The translations under genes were made by a program, and so were the position numbers. Below are positions 39,231-51,641 of a stretch of DNA of 64,000 nucleotides, piece after piece. Below the pieces are notes generated by a model. The model saw only the letters and a list, made by a program, of their open reading frames with translations. It searched no databases and was not told the DNA's origin. The stretch covers positions 19,644-83,643 of the forward strand of contig JBBIRS010000009.1 in the NCBI GenBank assembly GCA_037441675.1. Direction: 5' to 3'. Source of the DNA: Planctomycetales bacterium. GTDB lineage: Bacteria; 4484-113. The stretch's first letter is position 1. Every line of letters starts with the position of its first letter.

Positions 39231-40835
39231 ATGAAACCAGTCGTTCTTCTTATTCTAGATGGTTGGGGATACCGTAAAAGCCAAGAGGGAAATGCAATCG
39301 CGCTTGCCAAAACGCCAAACTGGGATTTTGTCATTCAGGAATTTCCTTGGACGCTTCTTCACTGTCAAGGTGAATGGGTTGGGCTTTCACCTGGGCAAAT
39401 GGGAAACAGCGAAGTTGGACATCTTAACATTGGCGCAGGGAGAAAAGTCCTTCAGCCGCTAACAATGATTGATACTATGATTGAAAATGAGGAGTTTTTT
39501 AGACATACTGGCCTATTAAATATTCTTAGAAACGCTAAAGGGGCGGGAGGAAGAGTTCACATAATGGGTCTAGTCTCGGATGGTGGAGTTCACTCACACA
39601 TTAGACATCTTTTCGCTCTACTAGATACTTGCGAACAGAACCAGATTGAGAACGTTTGTGTTCATGCCTTTCTTGACGGGCGTGACACTAGCCCGAGAGC
39701 AGGAATAGGTTTCATTGAAGATTTGCTTAAGAAATTAGCAAGTTATAGACCAAGGGCTGAGCTTGCCAGCGTTTCCGGAAGATATTTCGCCATGGACAGG
39801 GATAAGCGATGGGAGAGAACAGAAAAGGCATATCGGGCGATAGCCCTCGGGATGGCGGAGAAAACAATAAGCAATCCTTTGCATCATCTTCAAAAATCCT
39901 ACGAGTTTGGGGAGACTGATGAGTTTGTGGTGCCTTTCGTTGTTGCCGAAGGGGAGGTTGATGGCGCACGAAAAGGCGATCCGTTAAGTATGCATCCCGA
40001 GGATGCGGTTATTTTTTTCAACTTCCGCGAAGATAGAGCAAGGCAACTCACCTACGCGCTTACGAAACAGGATTTTTTGCACTTTTCACGGCCAATTAAA
40101 ATTGAACACTTCTTCAGCTTTTCCAAATACTCTGAGGAGCTTGATTTTCCAACTCTGCTTACCTGTAACGAATTGCCCGATACCGTTACAGAGGTACTTA
40201 GTAAACTGAACTTGCCCGTTTTCAAATGCGCTGAGACGGAAAAATACGCCCATGTCACTTACTTCTTTAACGGCGGAAGGGAAGCACCCTTTGAGCTAGA
40301 GGAAAGAGTCTTAGTGCCTTCGCCTAAGGTTGCAACGTATGATATAAAGCCTGAAATGAGCGCCTATGAAGTTACTGCGGAAGCGGTAAAAGCCATTAAA
40401 GAGGGAAGACACGCTCTTTATGTAATCAATCTGGCAAACGGTGATATGGTGGGGCACACAGGCAATCTGAGTGCAGGAATAAAGGCTGCGGAGGCTGTTG
40501 ATTTATGTCTTGGTAGGTTCCTTGAAGTAACAAACGAAGGAAAGGATGCCTTCTTGCTCATTACATCGGATCATGGAAACTTTGAAGAGATGCTCGCTGA
40601 AGACCAGAAAACCGCATCTACCCAACACTCGTTAAATCCAGTCCCTTTCATTCTTGTTGGTCCTGATACAAATCTTCGATTCGACCTTAGAAATGAGGAG
40701 GGCTATCTGCCCGATGATGCAGGCGCAGAAGCTCTAGCTGAGAATCAGTCCTTGAGGGATATAATTCCAACTGCCCTTAAGCTAATGGAAATTGAACCAC
40801 CCGAAGTTATGAACGGATCCCCTTTGCAGTTGTAA
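39231..40835 (+). CDS. gpmI: 2,3-bisphosphoglycerate-independent phosphoglycerate mutase
   Basis: ILDGWG, GQMGNSEVGH, GRYFAMDRD, AETEKYAHVTYFFNGG, DMVGHTG, SDHGN. Confidence 0.97.
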   Translation: MKPVVLLILDGWGYRKSQEGNAIALAKTPNWDFVIQEFPWTLLHCQGEWVGLSPGQMGNSEVGHLNIGAGRKVLQPLTMIDTMIENEEFFRHTGLLNILRNAKGAGGRVHIMGLVSDGGVHSHIRHLFALLDTCEQNQIENVCVHAFLDGRDTSPRAGIGFIEDLLKKLASYRPRAELASVSGRYFAMDRDKRWERTEKAYRAIALGMAEKTISNPLHHLQKSYEFGETDEFVVPFVVAEGEVDGARKGDPLSMHPEDAVIFFNFREDRARQLTYALTKQDFLHFSRPIKIEHFFSFSKYSEELDFPTLLTCNELPDTVTEVLSKLNLPVFKCAETEKYAHVTYFFNGGREAPFELEERVLVPSPKVATYDIKPEMSAYEVTAEAVKAIKEGRHALYVINLANGDMVGHTGNLSAGIKAAEAVDLCLGRFLEVTNEGKDAFLLITSDHGNFEEMLAEDQKTASTQHSLNPVPFILVGPDTNLRFDLRNEEGYLPDDAGAEALAENQSLRDIIPTALKLMEIEPPEVMNGSPLQL

Positions 40836-40892
40836 TTTGGACTTCACCAATCGTTGAGTTTATACTTTTAGCGCAAGAGGAGCCAGAGAAAG

Positions 40893-41489
40893 TTAGAAGG
40901 ATAAATGAGCTCCTTCAATAATATTCAACTCGCCGGTCTTTATATCAAATTCCGCTTTTCCTGCGCTTACTTCAAAAGCTGGGTCTTTTATAATTACTTT
41001 TTCTATTGTTACCTTAAAAGCTCTTCTATCCCACACCAATCTCTTCGCGCTAAATCTCTGACCGAGTGGAGTAATCTCACCTGATAGGGAACCAGAAACT
41101 TCCGCCATGTCTTCAATAACTTTATACGTGAGAAACTTCGCCATGAAGTAGAGCTTTCTATCGCCTTCAAAGTTTAATTCAAACTCCGCAAAAGGAATGC
41201 TAACAACTCCTTTAACACTGACGCCATAATCTGAGCGGATACGCATTTTCACGGAACCGTCCGCATTGGAAAGAATGACTTCTGTTCCCTTCACCTCTAT
41301 CTGCGGAGATTCAACAATTATGTTCTTTGATGCGCTAGCCTCTCCACCTCCATCTTTCTGAAGAAGCGCCTCGGTTAGTTCACCATTATTCTCCTGAGGT
41401 GTCCTTAATCCAAAGGAAACAAATAGAAGAATAATCGCGCAAATTAGAGTAATAAATAGCCAGATAAGCCTTCTTCTTAGGATAAACAC
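40893..41489 (-). CDS. Single-TM beta-rich hypothetical protein, possibly LptC-like
   Basis: N-terminal membrane anchor followed by a beta-strand pattern similar to LptC jellyrolls. Confidence 0.45.
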   Translation of the reverse strand: MFILRRRLIWLFITLICAIILLFVSFGLRTPQENNGELTEALLQKDGGGEASASKNIIVESPQIEVKGTEVILSNADGSVKMRIRSDYGVSVKGVVSIPFAEFELNFEGDRKLYFMAKFLTYKVIEDMAEVSGSLSGEITPLGQRFSAKRLVWDRRAFKVTIEKVIIKDPAFEVSAGKAEFDIKTGELNIIEGAHLSF

Positions 41490-41565
41490 CCTACATTATT
41501 ATGACGTATTTTACAAAAGATTAGCGGATACTTGCCGGGCGTACTTGTCTTCAAGGCAAAGGAGC

Positions 41566-41934
41566 TTATCTTACGCTTCTTCTTCTAAAGAAGGCGCGTT
41601 CGCACAACTTACAGCGCCACCTTTCAATGTTTATGTCTAGCCAAATGAGATCAAACACCAAAAGTAGGAAGAGACAAAGTGTTCCAATTGTAAGCCAAGG
41701 ATCGATATAGCTATAAAGAAGATAGTTGCCAACGGTGAGTCCTCCGACAAGAACGAAGAGAATCGCCAGAATCCAGGCGGGCCAGTGGGAAAGAGATGAG
41801 AAGTCTGAAAAGAGAAGAATGGCAAATCTTGGAAGCAACCCCGGCGGTAGTGTAGGGAATGCCTCCCCTCCACAGACCGGACAGGAGATGGATTTGACAG
41901 GTCGCATTAAGCGCAATTTTCTATACTTAGGCAA
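41566..41934 (-). CDS. Small membrane protein with two CxxC motifs flanking a hydrophobic hairpin
   Basis: CPVC...two TMs...WRCKLC. Confidence 0.65.
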   Translation of the reverse strand: MPKYRKLRLMRPVKSISCPVCGGEAFPTLPPGLLPRFAILLFSDFSSLSHWPAWILAILFVLVGGLTVGNYLLYSYIDPWLTIGTLCLFLLLVFDLIWLDINIERWRCKLCERAFFRRRSVR

Positions 41935-42034
41935 TACGCTAATGATTATATTAAATTAGCAGAAACAGAGGAGCAACCCATCTATTCAATAGATTAAAAA
42001 AACTTAGCTAGCATAATAATCTTGAGACCTCAGA

Positions 42035-43168
42035 CTAATCGTGAGGTGTTTTCATATTCATTCCGGGACCTGCGTTAGCGACTTGAGCCATTTCTCCAAC
42101 CAATGTGGCATTGGCTACGCTAATCTGCACCGCAATATTCTGGGCTACAGAGATAAACTCCTGACTCACTTTGCTTTCAGGTGCGCCAATTACCACAGGT
42201 TTCCCCATATCATCGCCCTGCCTCATCCTCGAATCAAGTGGTATCGCGCCTAAGAATGGGATGCCAAGCCTCAAGCAAAGCTTTTCACCTCCACCTCGGG
42301 CAAAAATGTCGTGCTCCTTTCCACAGTTGTCGCAGACAAAGTAGCTCATATTCTCGATTGCACCAAGGACGTGAACGTTCATCTTTCTAAACAAGCCGAC
42401 AACCTTTCCCGCTATTACGCTAGCCATTGCCTGGGGCGTGGTGACAACGATTGCGCCAGCAAGCGGAATAGACTGCGTGAGGGTGAGCTGGGCATCGCCG
42501 GTGCCAGGTGGAAGGTCTACTATCAAGTAATCTAGCTCACCCCAATCAACGTCCCTTAGGAATTGCTGAACAAGACTATGCACCATCGGTCCACGCCAAA
42601 TTACCGCTTGGTCAGTGTTTATCAGAAATCCGAGACTCATTAACTTTAAGCCGTGCTTCTCGATTGGTTGAATCTTCCTTGCCTCATTAATTTCGGGTTG
42701 CTCATGAACTCCAAGAATGATTGGAAGGCTTGGTCCATACACATCAGCGTCCATTAGCCCAACCTTTGCACCAAGTCTAGCAAGGGCGAGGGCAATATTC
42801 ACCGCAACTGTAGACTTACCGACGCCACCCTTTCCGGAAGCTACAGCTATAACGTTCTTGACACTCTTCATCATTTCTTGAAGCTCCATCAACTGCTCCG
42901 TACGGCTTGTAACTTTTGCTGAGAGCTCAGCGTTCACATTCTCAACCCAATCTAGAGATTTGACCGCGGTGATAGCTTGGTCGCGAAACATATTTTTTAC
43001 GGGACAGGCAGGAGTGGTAAGCTCAATTGTGAACGCGACGTTTCCACTGCAGATTCGCAAGTCTTTGATAAAGCCTAGCGTGACTATATCCCGATGAAGG
43101 TCAGGATCCTGAACCGCTGATAAAGCCTTCAAAACCTCTTGTTCTTTTTGTTCGTTTGTTAATTCCAC
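42035..43168 (-). CDS. apbC: Mrp/NBP35 (ApbC) Fe-S carrier ATPase with N-terminal DUF59 domain
   Basis: V.DPDL..DIV.LG, LTTPACP, SGKGGVGKST, DADVYGPS, WRGPM, DLPPGTGD, CDNC. Confidence 0.95.
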   Translation of the reverse strand: MELTNEQKEQEVLKALSAVQDPDLHRDIVTLGFIKDLRICSGNVAFTIELTTPACPVKNMFRDQAITAVKSLDWVENVNAELSAKVTSRTEQLMELQEMMKSVKNVIAVASGKGGVGKSTVAVNIALALARLGAKVGLMDADVYGPSLPIILGVHEQPEINEARKIQPIEKHGLKLMSLGFLINTDQAVIWRGPMVHSLVQQFLRDVDWGELDYLIVDLPPGTGDAQLTLTQSIPLAGAIVVTTPQAMASVIAGKVVGLFRKMNVHVLGAIENMSYFVCDNCGKEHDIFARGGGEKLCLRLGIPFLGAIPLDSRMRQGDDMGKPVVIGAPESKVSQEFISVAQNIAVQISVANATLVGEMAQVANAGPGMNMKTPHD

Positions 43169-43533
43169 AATTATGAACCTAAAGAAGAATTACAGTTAGT
43201 ATTTGACTACTTTAAATTTTATCCTATAAAGAAAGAAAATAACTTGTAATGGGATTTAGTGAGAACATTTAGGTTGAACGAGATTTTTGCTAAAAAAGGG
43301 GGTCCGCCAGAAATTTTTGAGAGTTTGAGCTTGAAAACTTGAGGGTTTGACAGAAGTTGGAAACAAAAGTGGCTAGCTCTTCTAATCGCGAGTGGCTCTA
43401 TGCTACCAGTTGTCCCGATTTATAGTTATTAGCTGAACTTCGCTTTTCACGGGTTGTGGAAGAGATAAATATGGCTAGCATTCATTTTGTAGTATCATCC
43501 GCCGAGCAAGTGGTCGGTAACTTTCAGCCAGCC

Positions 43534-43809
43534 TTAGTCTGAACCTTCACCCGATGGTTTCGAAAGTTCCTTCTTCCGGGTGATGTCTTTCCCCGTGACT
43601 CTTTCTCCGCCACTGCTAGTTTTAGAGGAAGAGCTCTTATAATCAGTGATGTGGAAGCCACTGCCACGAAAGATTATTCCTGCAGGGGATAGCAGACGGA
43701 GCGCAGGACCACCACATTTCTCGCATTTGCGCTTTCCATTCCTGGAAAATCCCGTTAACACTTCAAAGGTATGTCCACAACTTTCGCATCTGTATTCGTA
43801 AATAGGCAT
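43534..43809 (-). CDS. FmdB family zinc-ribbon protein
   Basis: MPIYEYRCESCGHTFE...CEKCG...FRGSGFHITDY. Confidence 0.92.
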   Translation of the reverse strand: MPIYEYRCESCGHTFEVLTGFSRNGKRKCEKCGGPALRLLSPAGIIFRGSGFHITDYKSSSSKTSSGGERVTGKDITRKKELSKPSGEGSD

Positions 43810-43902
43810 AGTTCATCACCATTTATAGAAAAGATAGTATCTCAATAAATGCTTAAAATAAAATTAAATAAGTTTATCTTCTCTAAACTAAATTATCTAT
43901 AC

Positions 43903-46392
43903 CTAAGGAGCATTCACTAACTCAGGTTCAACGCTCACGGGCGTTTCACCTATGCCAAAGATAAATTCACCATTAACGAAATCAACTACCACTTTATCGC
44001 CCTCTTTAATTTGCCCTGCGACAAGTTTCTGAGAAAGGGGATTTACAATAAGGCGCTGAATTGTCCGCTTCATTGGGCGCGCACCGAAGGATGGATCAAA
44101 GCCTTCTTCCGCTAGCTTGTCCAGAACTCTGTCAGTCACTGTGAGGTGAATCTTTTGCTCAGAAAGCCTATCGGAAAATTCCTTAAGAAGGAGCTGTGCA
44201 ATTTGTTTCACTTCATCCTTGCTTAACTGATGAAACACCACAACTTCGTCAATGCGATTTAAGAACTCTGGGCTAACCCTGCTTTTTAGCATACTGAACA
44301 GAGTTTCCTGGACTTCTCGGTAACTTTTAGCTGGATCAACTGTTGCAACCTGATTAACCTTAAAGCCAATTTTCCCTCCTTCAGTAAACTCAAGTATCTT
44401 GGAACTGCCGATATTGGAGGTCATTATAATAACCGTGTTCTTGAAATTTACAGTAACGCCCTTGTTATCAGTGAGCCTTCCCTCATCCAACACCTGAAGG
44501 AGGATGTTAAAAACTTCGGGATGCGCCTTTTCAATTTCATCCAGGAGAATTACTGAGAAGGGCTGGCGTTTGACCGCCTCGGTTAGCTGACCACCCTCCT
44601 CATAGCCGACATATCCCGGAGGGGCACCTACTAGTCGCGAAACGGAATGCTTCTCCATATATTCGCTCATATCAATGCGCACGACTGCGTTCTTGGAGCC
44701 GAACAAGAACTCCGCTAATACTTTCACAAGCTCTGTTTTACCGACACCAGTTGGACCGAGGAAGATGAAAGTTCCAAGTGGTCTATTTGGGTCTGCTAAC
44801 CCGCTTTTAGCACGGCGGATAGTCTCGGAAAGCACTCTTATCGCTTCTCTTTGACCAATAATCTTCTGAGCTAGCACCTCTTCCATCTTGAGAAGTTTTT
44901 CCTTTTCGGTTTCCTCTAATTTGGTAACTGGGACACCACTCCACTCAGATACCACTTCCGCTATTGCCTCAGGTGTTACTTTAAGTTGGCTAGCTTTTTC
45001 AGCCAATTTTGCCCTCTCCTCCGCAATTTCTTTTTTAACCTTTTCCGCCTCTTGTTTCCACTTTGCGGAAGCCTCGTAGTTCTCCTTCTCTGATTCTTCC
45101 TGTTCTAACCTTTCAAGCTCTTTAAGTTTATTCTCAAGTTCGGCAAGCTTTGCAGTTTCAGAAAGAGCGCGAAGCCTTACTCTAGCGGAAGCCTCGTCAA
45201 TCAGATCTATTGCTTTATCGGGCAGAAATCTTTCGGTAACATAACGAACTGAAAGTTTCACCGCCGATTCTATTGCGCTATCTGTTATCTCAAGTCCATG
45301 GTGCTGTTCATAGCGTTTTCTAAGAGCTTTAAGCATCTGGACAGCTTCCTCTGGGGTTGGTTCTTCAACCATTACGGGCTGAAACCTTCTCTCTAGCGCA
45401 CGATCTTTCTCAATGTACTTACGATACTCGGCTATCGTTGTTGCACCAATTGCCTGCAGGTCACCTCTGGCAAGAGCTGGTTTCAGAATGTTGCTTGCAT
45501 CAATAGCTCCTTCAGCAGCACCTGCGCCAACCACTGTGTGCAACTCATCTATCATCAGGATTGTGTTTCGTTTTGTGCGGATAATTTCTTCTATCAGAGC
45601 CTTCATCCTGTCCTCAAATTCACCGCGAAACTTTGTCCCTGCCAGTAAAGCTGGCAAATCAAGCTGGAGAACTGATTTCTTTAGAAGAGGTTCTGGAACT
45701 TTACCTTCAACAATCCTTTGAGCCAAACCTTCAACGATGGCGGTTTTCCCCACACCGGGATCGCCAATTAACACCGGGTTATTCTTAGTCCTTCTAGATA
45801 GAATCTCCATTACTCTTTGAATCTCAGCTTCTCTTCCAATCACTGGGTCTAGCTTGCCTTGGCGAGCTTTTTCGGTTAAATCCACCGTGAACCGTTTCAA
45901 CATCTGATAGGTGTCTTCCGCAGTTGCGCTGTCAACACTTCTAGAACCGCGAACCTCTTTGAGCGCGTGCAAAATCTTTTCCTTATCTATACCAAAAGAG
46001 TTTAGAATCCGAAAGGCAGTGCCTTCTCTTAACTCAACCATGGCCAAAAGGAGATGCTCCGTTCCAATGAACTCGTCTCCCATTTCTTTTACTTCCTCAT
46101 AGGCAAGGTCAAATAGGCGCGCCACGCTAGGAGTTACGTATATTTGGGTTATACCACTTACTGATTCAACTTGGGGACGTGACATAACCGCTCGCCGCAC
46201 CTTGTCCAAGACTTTTGTGGGCTCTAATCCACAATAGCGAAGAATGTCTGGAATGATTGAGCCTTCGACAAAAGATATGCCGTAGAAAATGTGCTCAGTA
46301 TCCATCTGTACCTGCTTAGTATCGAGCAGGACCTCCTGCGCCTTTTGCAGAGATAGTTTTGCCTTATCGGTAAATTTGTCAAACGGTATCAC
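43903..46392 (-). CDS. clpC: ATP-dependent Clp protease ATP-binding subunit, ClpC-type
   Basis: Clp N domain, two AAA+ modules ([16 protein letters not shown]), short UVR-type middle domain, IGF loop. Confidence 0.88.
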   Translation of the reverse strand: MIPFDKFTDKAKLSLQKAQEVLLDTKQVQMDTEHIFYGISFVEGSIIPDILRYCGLEPTKVLDKVRRAVMSRPQVESVSGITQIYVTPSVARLFDLAYEEVKEMGDEFIGTEHLLLAMVELREGTAFRILNSFGIDKEKILHALKEVRGSRSVDSATAEDTYQMLKRFTVDLTEKARQGKLDPVIGREAEIQRVMEILSRRTKNNPVLIGDPGVGKTAIVEGLAQRIVEGKVPEPLLKKSVLQLDLPALLAGTKFRGEFEDRMKALIEEIIRTKRNTILMIDELHTVVGAGAAEGAIDASNILKPALARGDLQAIGATTIAEYRKYIEKDRALERRFQPVMVEEPTPEEAVQMLKALRKRYEQHHGLEITDSAIESAVKLSVRYVTERFLPDKAIDLIDEASARVRLRALSETAKLAELENKLKELERLEQEESEKENYEASAKWKQEAEKVKKEIAEERAKLAEKASQLKVTPEAIAEVVSEWSGVPVTKLEETEKEKLLKMEEVLAQKIIGQREAIRVLSETIRRAKSGLADPNRPLGTFIFLGPTGVGKTELVKVLAEFLFGSKNAVVRIDMSEYMEKHSVSRLVGAPPGYVGYEEGGQLTEAVKRQPFSVILLDEIEKAHPEVFNILLQVLDEGRLTDNKGVTVNFKNTVIIMTSNIGSSKILEFTEGGKIGFKVNQVATVDPAKSYREVQETLFSMLKSRVSPEFLNRIDEVVVFHQLSKDEVKQIAQLLLKEFSDRLSEQKIHLTVTDRVLDKLAEEGFDPSFGARPMKRTIQRLIVNPLSQKLVAGQIKEGDKVVVDFVNGEFIFGIGETPVSVEPELVNAP

Positions 46393-46853
46393 TTATGCTC
46401 ACCTTCATCAATGGGAATTTTTCTCTTTAGAATTAAACCAGCCTTCTGAGGTGTAATCCTCAGGAGACCTTCCTCTTCTCCGCCTATTAATCTCAGTATT
46501 CTTTCCTTAAGAGAAGCATCTAGCTGGGATAGGATTGTCTCTGTTAATCTAAGCATCTGATTTAAGTCTTCTCTTAAACTCATGATAATCTGCACTCCCG
46601 CTAAGTTCACTCCAAGCTCCTGGGTTAGCATAGAAATGAACCTAATTCTTTCAATATCAACTTGTGAATACATCCGCGTACCACCGGCGGTGCGTTTTGG
46701 TTTCAGTAAACCTTCTTTTTCATACTCTCGGATAGTCTGCTGGTGCAGATTTAGCATACGAGCGACACTGCCGATGCTGAAAATCGGTTCCTCTGATAAA
46801 TCTCCCTTTCTCTCGTAAAATTCAAAAAACTTTCTTACCATCTTAGAAACCAA
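46389..46853 (-). CDS. hspR: Heat-shock repressor HspR (MerR family)
   Basis: PIFSIGSVA.ML.LH.QT.R.YE..GL..P.RT.GGTR.YS...LTQELGVNLAGV; directly after dnaJ. Confidence 0.9.
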   Translation of the reverse strand: MVSKMVRKFFEFYERKGDLSEEPIFSIGSVARMLNLHQQTIREYEKEGLLKPKRTAGGTRMYSQVDIERIRFISMLTQELGVNLAGVQIIMSLREDLNQMLRLTETILSQLDASLKERILRLIGGEEEGLLRITPQKAGLILKRKIPIDEGEHK

Positions 46854-48018
46854 AAACCTTCAACCTTGGGTTATACGGATGAGTATTAGCCAGTTCCCGA
46901 ACTAGCTCTCGACCGTGAACGCTTAAGTTCTCGGGCGGAACAATCTCAATGCGAACGAACATATCTCCCCTACCTGAACCGTTTAAGTGTGGAAAACCTT
47001 TGCCTTTCAGCCTGAATTCTTTACCGCTTGGAGTTGCGGCAGGCAATCTCAATCTTACTCTTCCATTCAAGGTGGGAATATCAATCTCATCACCGAGAAT
47101 CGCCTCACTAACGGTAACCGGAACAGTTAGATAAACGTTGTCACCCTCCCTTCGCATGTATGGATGTGGACGGAGGCTAATTCTCAGATAAAAATCACCA
47201 TACTCTCCACCGTTTCTACCGGGACGCCCTTTTCCAGCAACCCGAACAAGGCTACCGTCATTGACGCCCGCAGGTATCTTTACCTCTACTTTTTCATCCT
47301 TTTTCATTAAGCCAGAACCACCGCAAAGACTGCAGGATTTTGAGGGAATAGTGCCCCTGCCACCGCATCTATCACAAGTAGATGCAATCATGAAGGGAGC
47401 AGAACCTTGCGCCACTTGTCCCGTTCCACCACATGTTGGACAAGACTTTCCCTTTGTTCCGGGTTCTCCACCGGTACCTCCACATCTGTCACAGTAAACT
47501 TCCCTTGCAAGGTTTAGCTTAATAAGAGTTCCATTGGCAGCATCAATGAAGTCAATAGTCGCATTTTGGTAATGGTCTTCACCCTTTTCGGGAACTAATT
47601 GAGGATTTGCGCGTTTGCCAAATCTGCTACTGAATCTATTAGCCCTTGAGGTGCCAAGTAGGTCACCCAAAATGTCCTCAATTGAAAAACCAAAAGTAGA
47701 AGAAATATCGCCAAAGGTATTAACAAACTCATTCCAGTCCATAGTGCGGTATGTATAGCCCGCAGAACCTGGCGCACGCCCACCTGCCTTAATGAAATCA
47801 GCTCCGTAAGTATCGTACATACGCCGTTTCTCAGGATCACTAAGAACCGAGTAGGCAGCTTGAATTTCCTTGAACTTTTGCTCCGCCGTTGGGTCATTTG
47901 GATTCACGTCTGGATGATATTTTCTCGCAAGTCTACGGTAACTTGCTTTGAGTTCCTTGTCGGTTGCATCCCTTCTTACTCCAAGAATGCTGTATAAGTC
48001 TTTATCCATTTTCCTCAC
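46843..48018 (-). CDS. dnaJ: Chaperone DnaJ
   Basis: J domain with HPD, four CxxCxGxG motifs, C-terminal domain. Confidence 0.97.
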   Translation of the reverse strand: MRKMDKDLYSILGVRRDATDKELKASYRRLARKYHPDVNPNDPTAEQKFKEIQAAYSVLSDPEKRRMYDTYGADFIKAGGRAPGSAGYTYRTMDWNEFVNTFGDISSTFGFSIEDILGDLLGTSRANRFSSRFGKRANPQLVPEKGEDHYQNATIDFIDAANGTLIKLNLAREVYCDRCGGTGGEPGTKGKSCPTCGGTGQVAQGSAPFMIASTCDRCGGRGTIPSKSCSLCGGSGLMKKDEKVEVKIPAGVNDGSLVRVAGKGRPGRNGGEYGDFYLRISLRPHPYMRREGDNVYLTVPVTVSEAILGDEIDIPTLNGRVRLRLPAATPSGKEFRLKGKGFPHLNGSGRGDMFVRIEIVPPENLSVHGRELVRELANTHPYNPRLKVFGF

Positions 48019-48769
48019 CTGCGCCTATGCCTAGCGATTCTTCTTCCTTGCCCTCTTCTTTGGCCGGCGTAAGAATTGAGACTAAAGCCGGTTTAACTAC
48101 TCTGTCCGCTATCTTTACTCCCCGCTGAAAAACTTCGTCAACTGTTTCATATTCAACTTCGTGGGAAGTTGACGACTTAATTGGTTCGTGCAAATTGGGG
48201 TCAAACTTATCACCCACAGCGCCGAAAATTTTTACTCGATAGCCCTCAAGAATACTGGCAAATTGAGCAGATATTTTTTTCAATCCATCCACAATTGAAT
48301 CGTTAACAGTAGGAGAGTCTTCTATAGACTTAATTGCCTGCTCAATGCTTTCAATCGCTGGGATAAGCTCTAAAAGGAGCGACTCAATCGCGTACTTCTT
48401 ATACTCTTCAATTTCGCGCTCAACGCGTTTTCGATAATTAATTAGTTCAGCTCGAGACCGCCTGGCAAGGTCTAGATACTCCTCCGCATCCTTCCTGGCT
48501 TTAGCTAATTCATCCTCTAGCGAGATGACACTCTCACTCGCACTATCACTAGCACTATCACTAGCACTAGCACTATCAACTGCAGTGGCTTTTGCCTCCG
48601 AGGAGGTTACTGACGTGGAAAGATTCTTTAGAAGCATCTCCGTTTTCTCGCCAGTATCCGACTTCGAAATGGCTGTGACACCCATTCCATCTGACTTGTT
48701 TAGATTCTTTTCGCTAGTCATTTGAGAATTTTCGGTTTCCAACTCACTTTTTTCTTTTTCGTTTTCCAT
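48002..48769 (-). CDS. grpE: Nucleotide exchange factor GrpE with long N-terminal extension
   Basis: AEL.NYRKR, FDPNLHE, FQRG......VKPALV. Confidence 0.95.
   Translation of the reverse strand: MENEKEKSELETENSQMTSEKNLNKSDGMGVTAISKSDTGEKTEMLLKNLSTSVTSSEAKATAVDSASASDSASDSASESVISLEDELAKARKDAEEYLDLARRSRAELINYRKRVEREIEEYKKYAIESLLLELIPAIESIEQAIKSIEDSPTVNDSIVDGLKKISAQFASILEGYRVKIFGAVGDKFDPNLHEPIKSSTSHEVEYETVDEVFQRGVKIADRVVKPALVSILTPAKEEGKEEESLGIGAGEENG
48530..48577. repeat. 8 x 6-bp ACTnnC tandem repeat encoding DSASASDSASDSASES in GrpE
   Basis: actctc actcgc actatc actagc actatc actagc actagc actatc. Confidence 0.8.
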
Positions 48770-48813
48770 AATCTCTAGACAATTTTGAAATAAAGTTAAA
48801 CCCTAAAAGCCTT

Positions 48814-48840
48814 GGGAAGGGACCAAATCGGTCCCTTCCC
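48814..48840 (-). terminator. 11-bp GC-rich hairpin between hsp20 and grpE (partial terminator or mRNA stabiliser)
   Basis: GGGAAGGGACC-5 nt-GGTCCCTTCCC; U tract displaced. Confidence 0.6.
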
Positions 48841-48850
48841 CGCAGTTTAG

Positions 48851-49300
48851 TTACTGAATTTCTACCTTTTTAGGCTTGACCTCCTCATTCTTGGGGAGCT
48901 CGATACTGAGGATACCATCCTTGTAGCTTGCGCTTATACCATCCGGGTCCACAGTTGATGGGATGGTAAAGGAACGGCTAAAACGACCATATCCGCGCTC
49001 AATGAAGTGGAAGTTATTCCCCTTGGTTTCAGATTCAACTTTCCTCTCGCCTGAAATGCATAGGCGATTGCCCTCAAGGGAAATGTTTATGTCCTCCTTC
49101 TTGAGCCCGGGCAGGTCTGCGGTGACGTAGAATGCCTTCTCGTCTTCCTTAACGTCAACCGGCGGATACCATTGCGTAAGTCCAACTTCGCCCTCAGCCG
49201 GTGAGCCGAAAATGTCCTCAAATAATCGATCAAGCTCCTTACGAAAGGTCGTAACTCCAAGAATACCTAAGTCTCTAAAATACCTCCTCATCAAAGACAT
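48851..49300 (-). CDS. Hsp20/alpha-crystallin small heat-shock protein
   Basis: W.PPVDV.E, ADLPG, ERGYGRFSRSF, A.YKDGIL.I.LPK, C-terminal VEI. Confidence 0.95.
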   Translation of the reverse strand: MSLMRRYFRDLGILGVTTFRKELDRLFEDIFGSPAEGEVGLTQWYPPVDVKEDEKAFYVTADLPGLKKEDINISLEGNRLCISGERKVESETKGNNFHFIERGYGRFSRSFTIPSTVDPDGISASYKDGILSIELPKNEEVKPKKVEIQ

Positions 49301-49366
49301 TACAAATCACCTCCTATATAGGATTAATCCAACTCCTTTATTACAATTATTATCATTGCTAGCATA

Positions 49367-51235
<1,869 letters not shown>

Positions 51236-51286
51236 TTAAAATATTTTTACTCTCATCTCCTAGGCTCTTAACTGCTCAATTTAATA

Positions 51287-51307
51287 TCTTAGTCTTTTAG
51301 GCTAAAA
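51287..51307. promoter_or_regulatory. Possible HAIR-like HspR operator upstream of dnaK
   Basis: TCTTAGT-N7-GCTAAAA, an imperfect inverted repeat with HAIR geometry (CTTGAGT-N7-ACTCAAG). Confidence 0.4.
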
Positions 51308-51515
51308 TTATCTACCCCTATTTGGCATATATTATTTTACAGCCAGATGGTAAAAATTGCAAATTATAAATCGCTATGTGAAGCTGATGTTGAATTTAGC
51401 GAAGGAGACAATATAAACATGGTACTTTGCATAACATTTGAATTTAGGCAGGTTTATTAGAGTTTTAGGAAGTTGCAATGATAGGGGAAAATTTAGTAGG
51501 CAAGATGGAGAAATT

Positions 51516-51543
51516 GAACAAATTTAGCGGTTCAAGAGTCTTA
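51516..51543 (+). promoter_or_regulatory. ECF (sigmaE-like) promoter candidate upstream of htrA
   Basis: GAACAA-16 nt-GTCTTA about 100 nt before the ATG. Confidence 0.5.
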
Positions 51544-51641
51544 TAGAAAGCCTCTGAGGGTAAAGGCATAGGGGCTAGATGTTAAAATAACGCCTTTGAA
51601 ATCAATATAAAATATAATTAAGGAATGGAGGAAAGAAATAT

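Noticed and set aside
43316..43350. Cluster of TTGA words in the mrp-fmdB intergenic region
   Set aside because: Irregular spacing and very short unit; not a repeat array or CRISPR.
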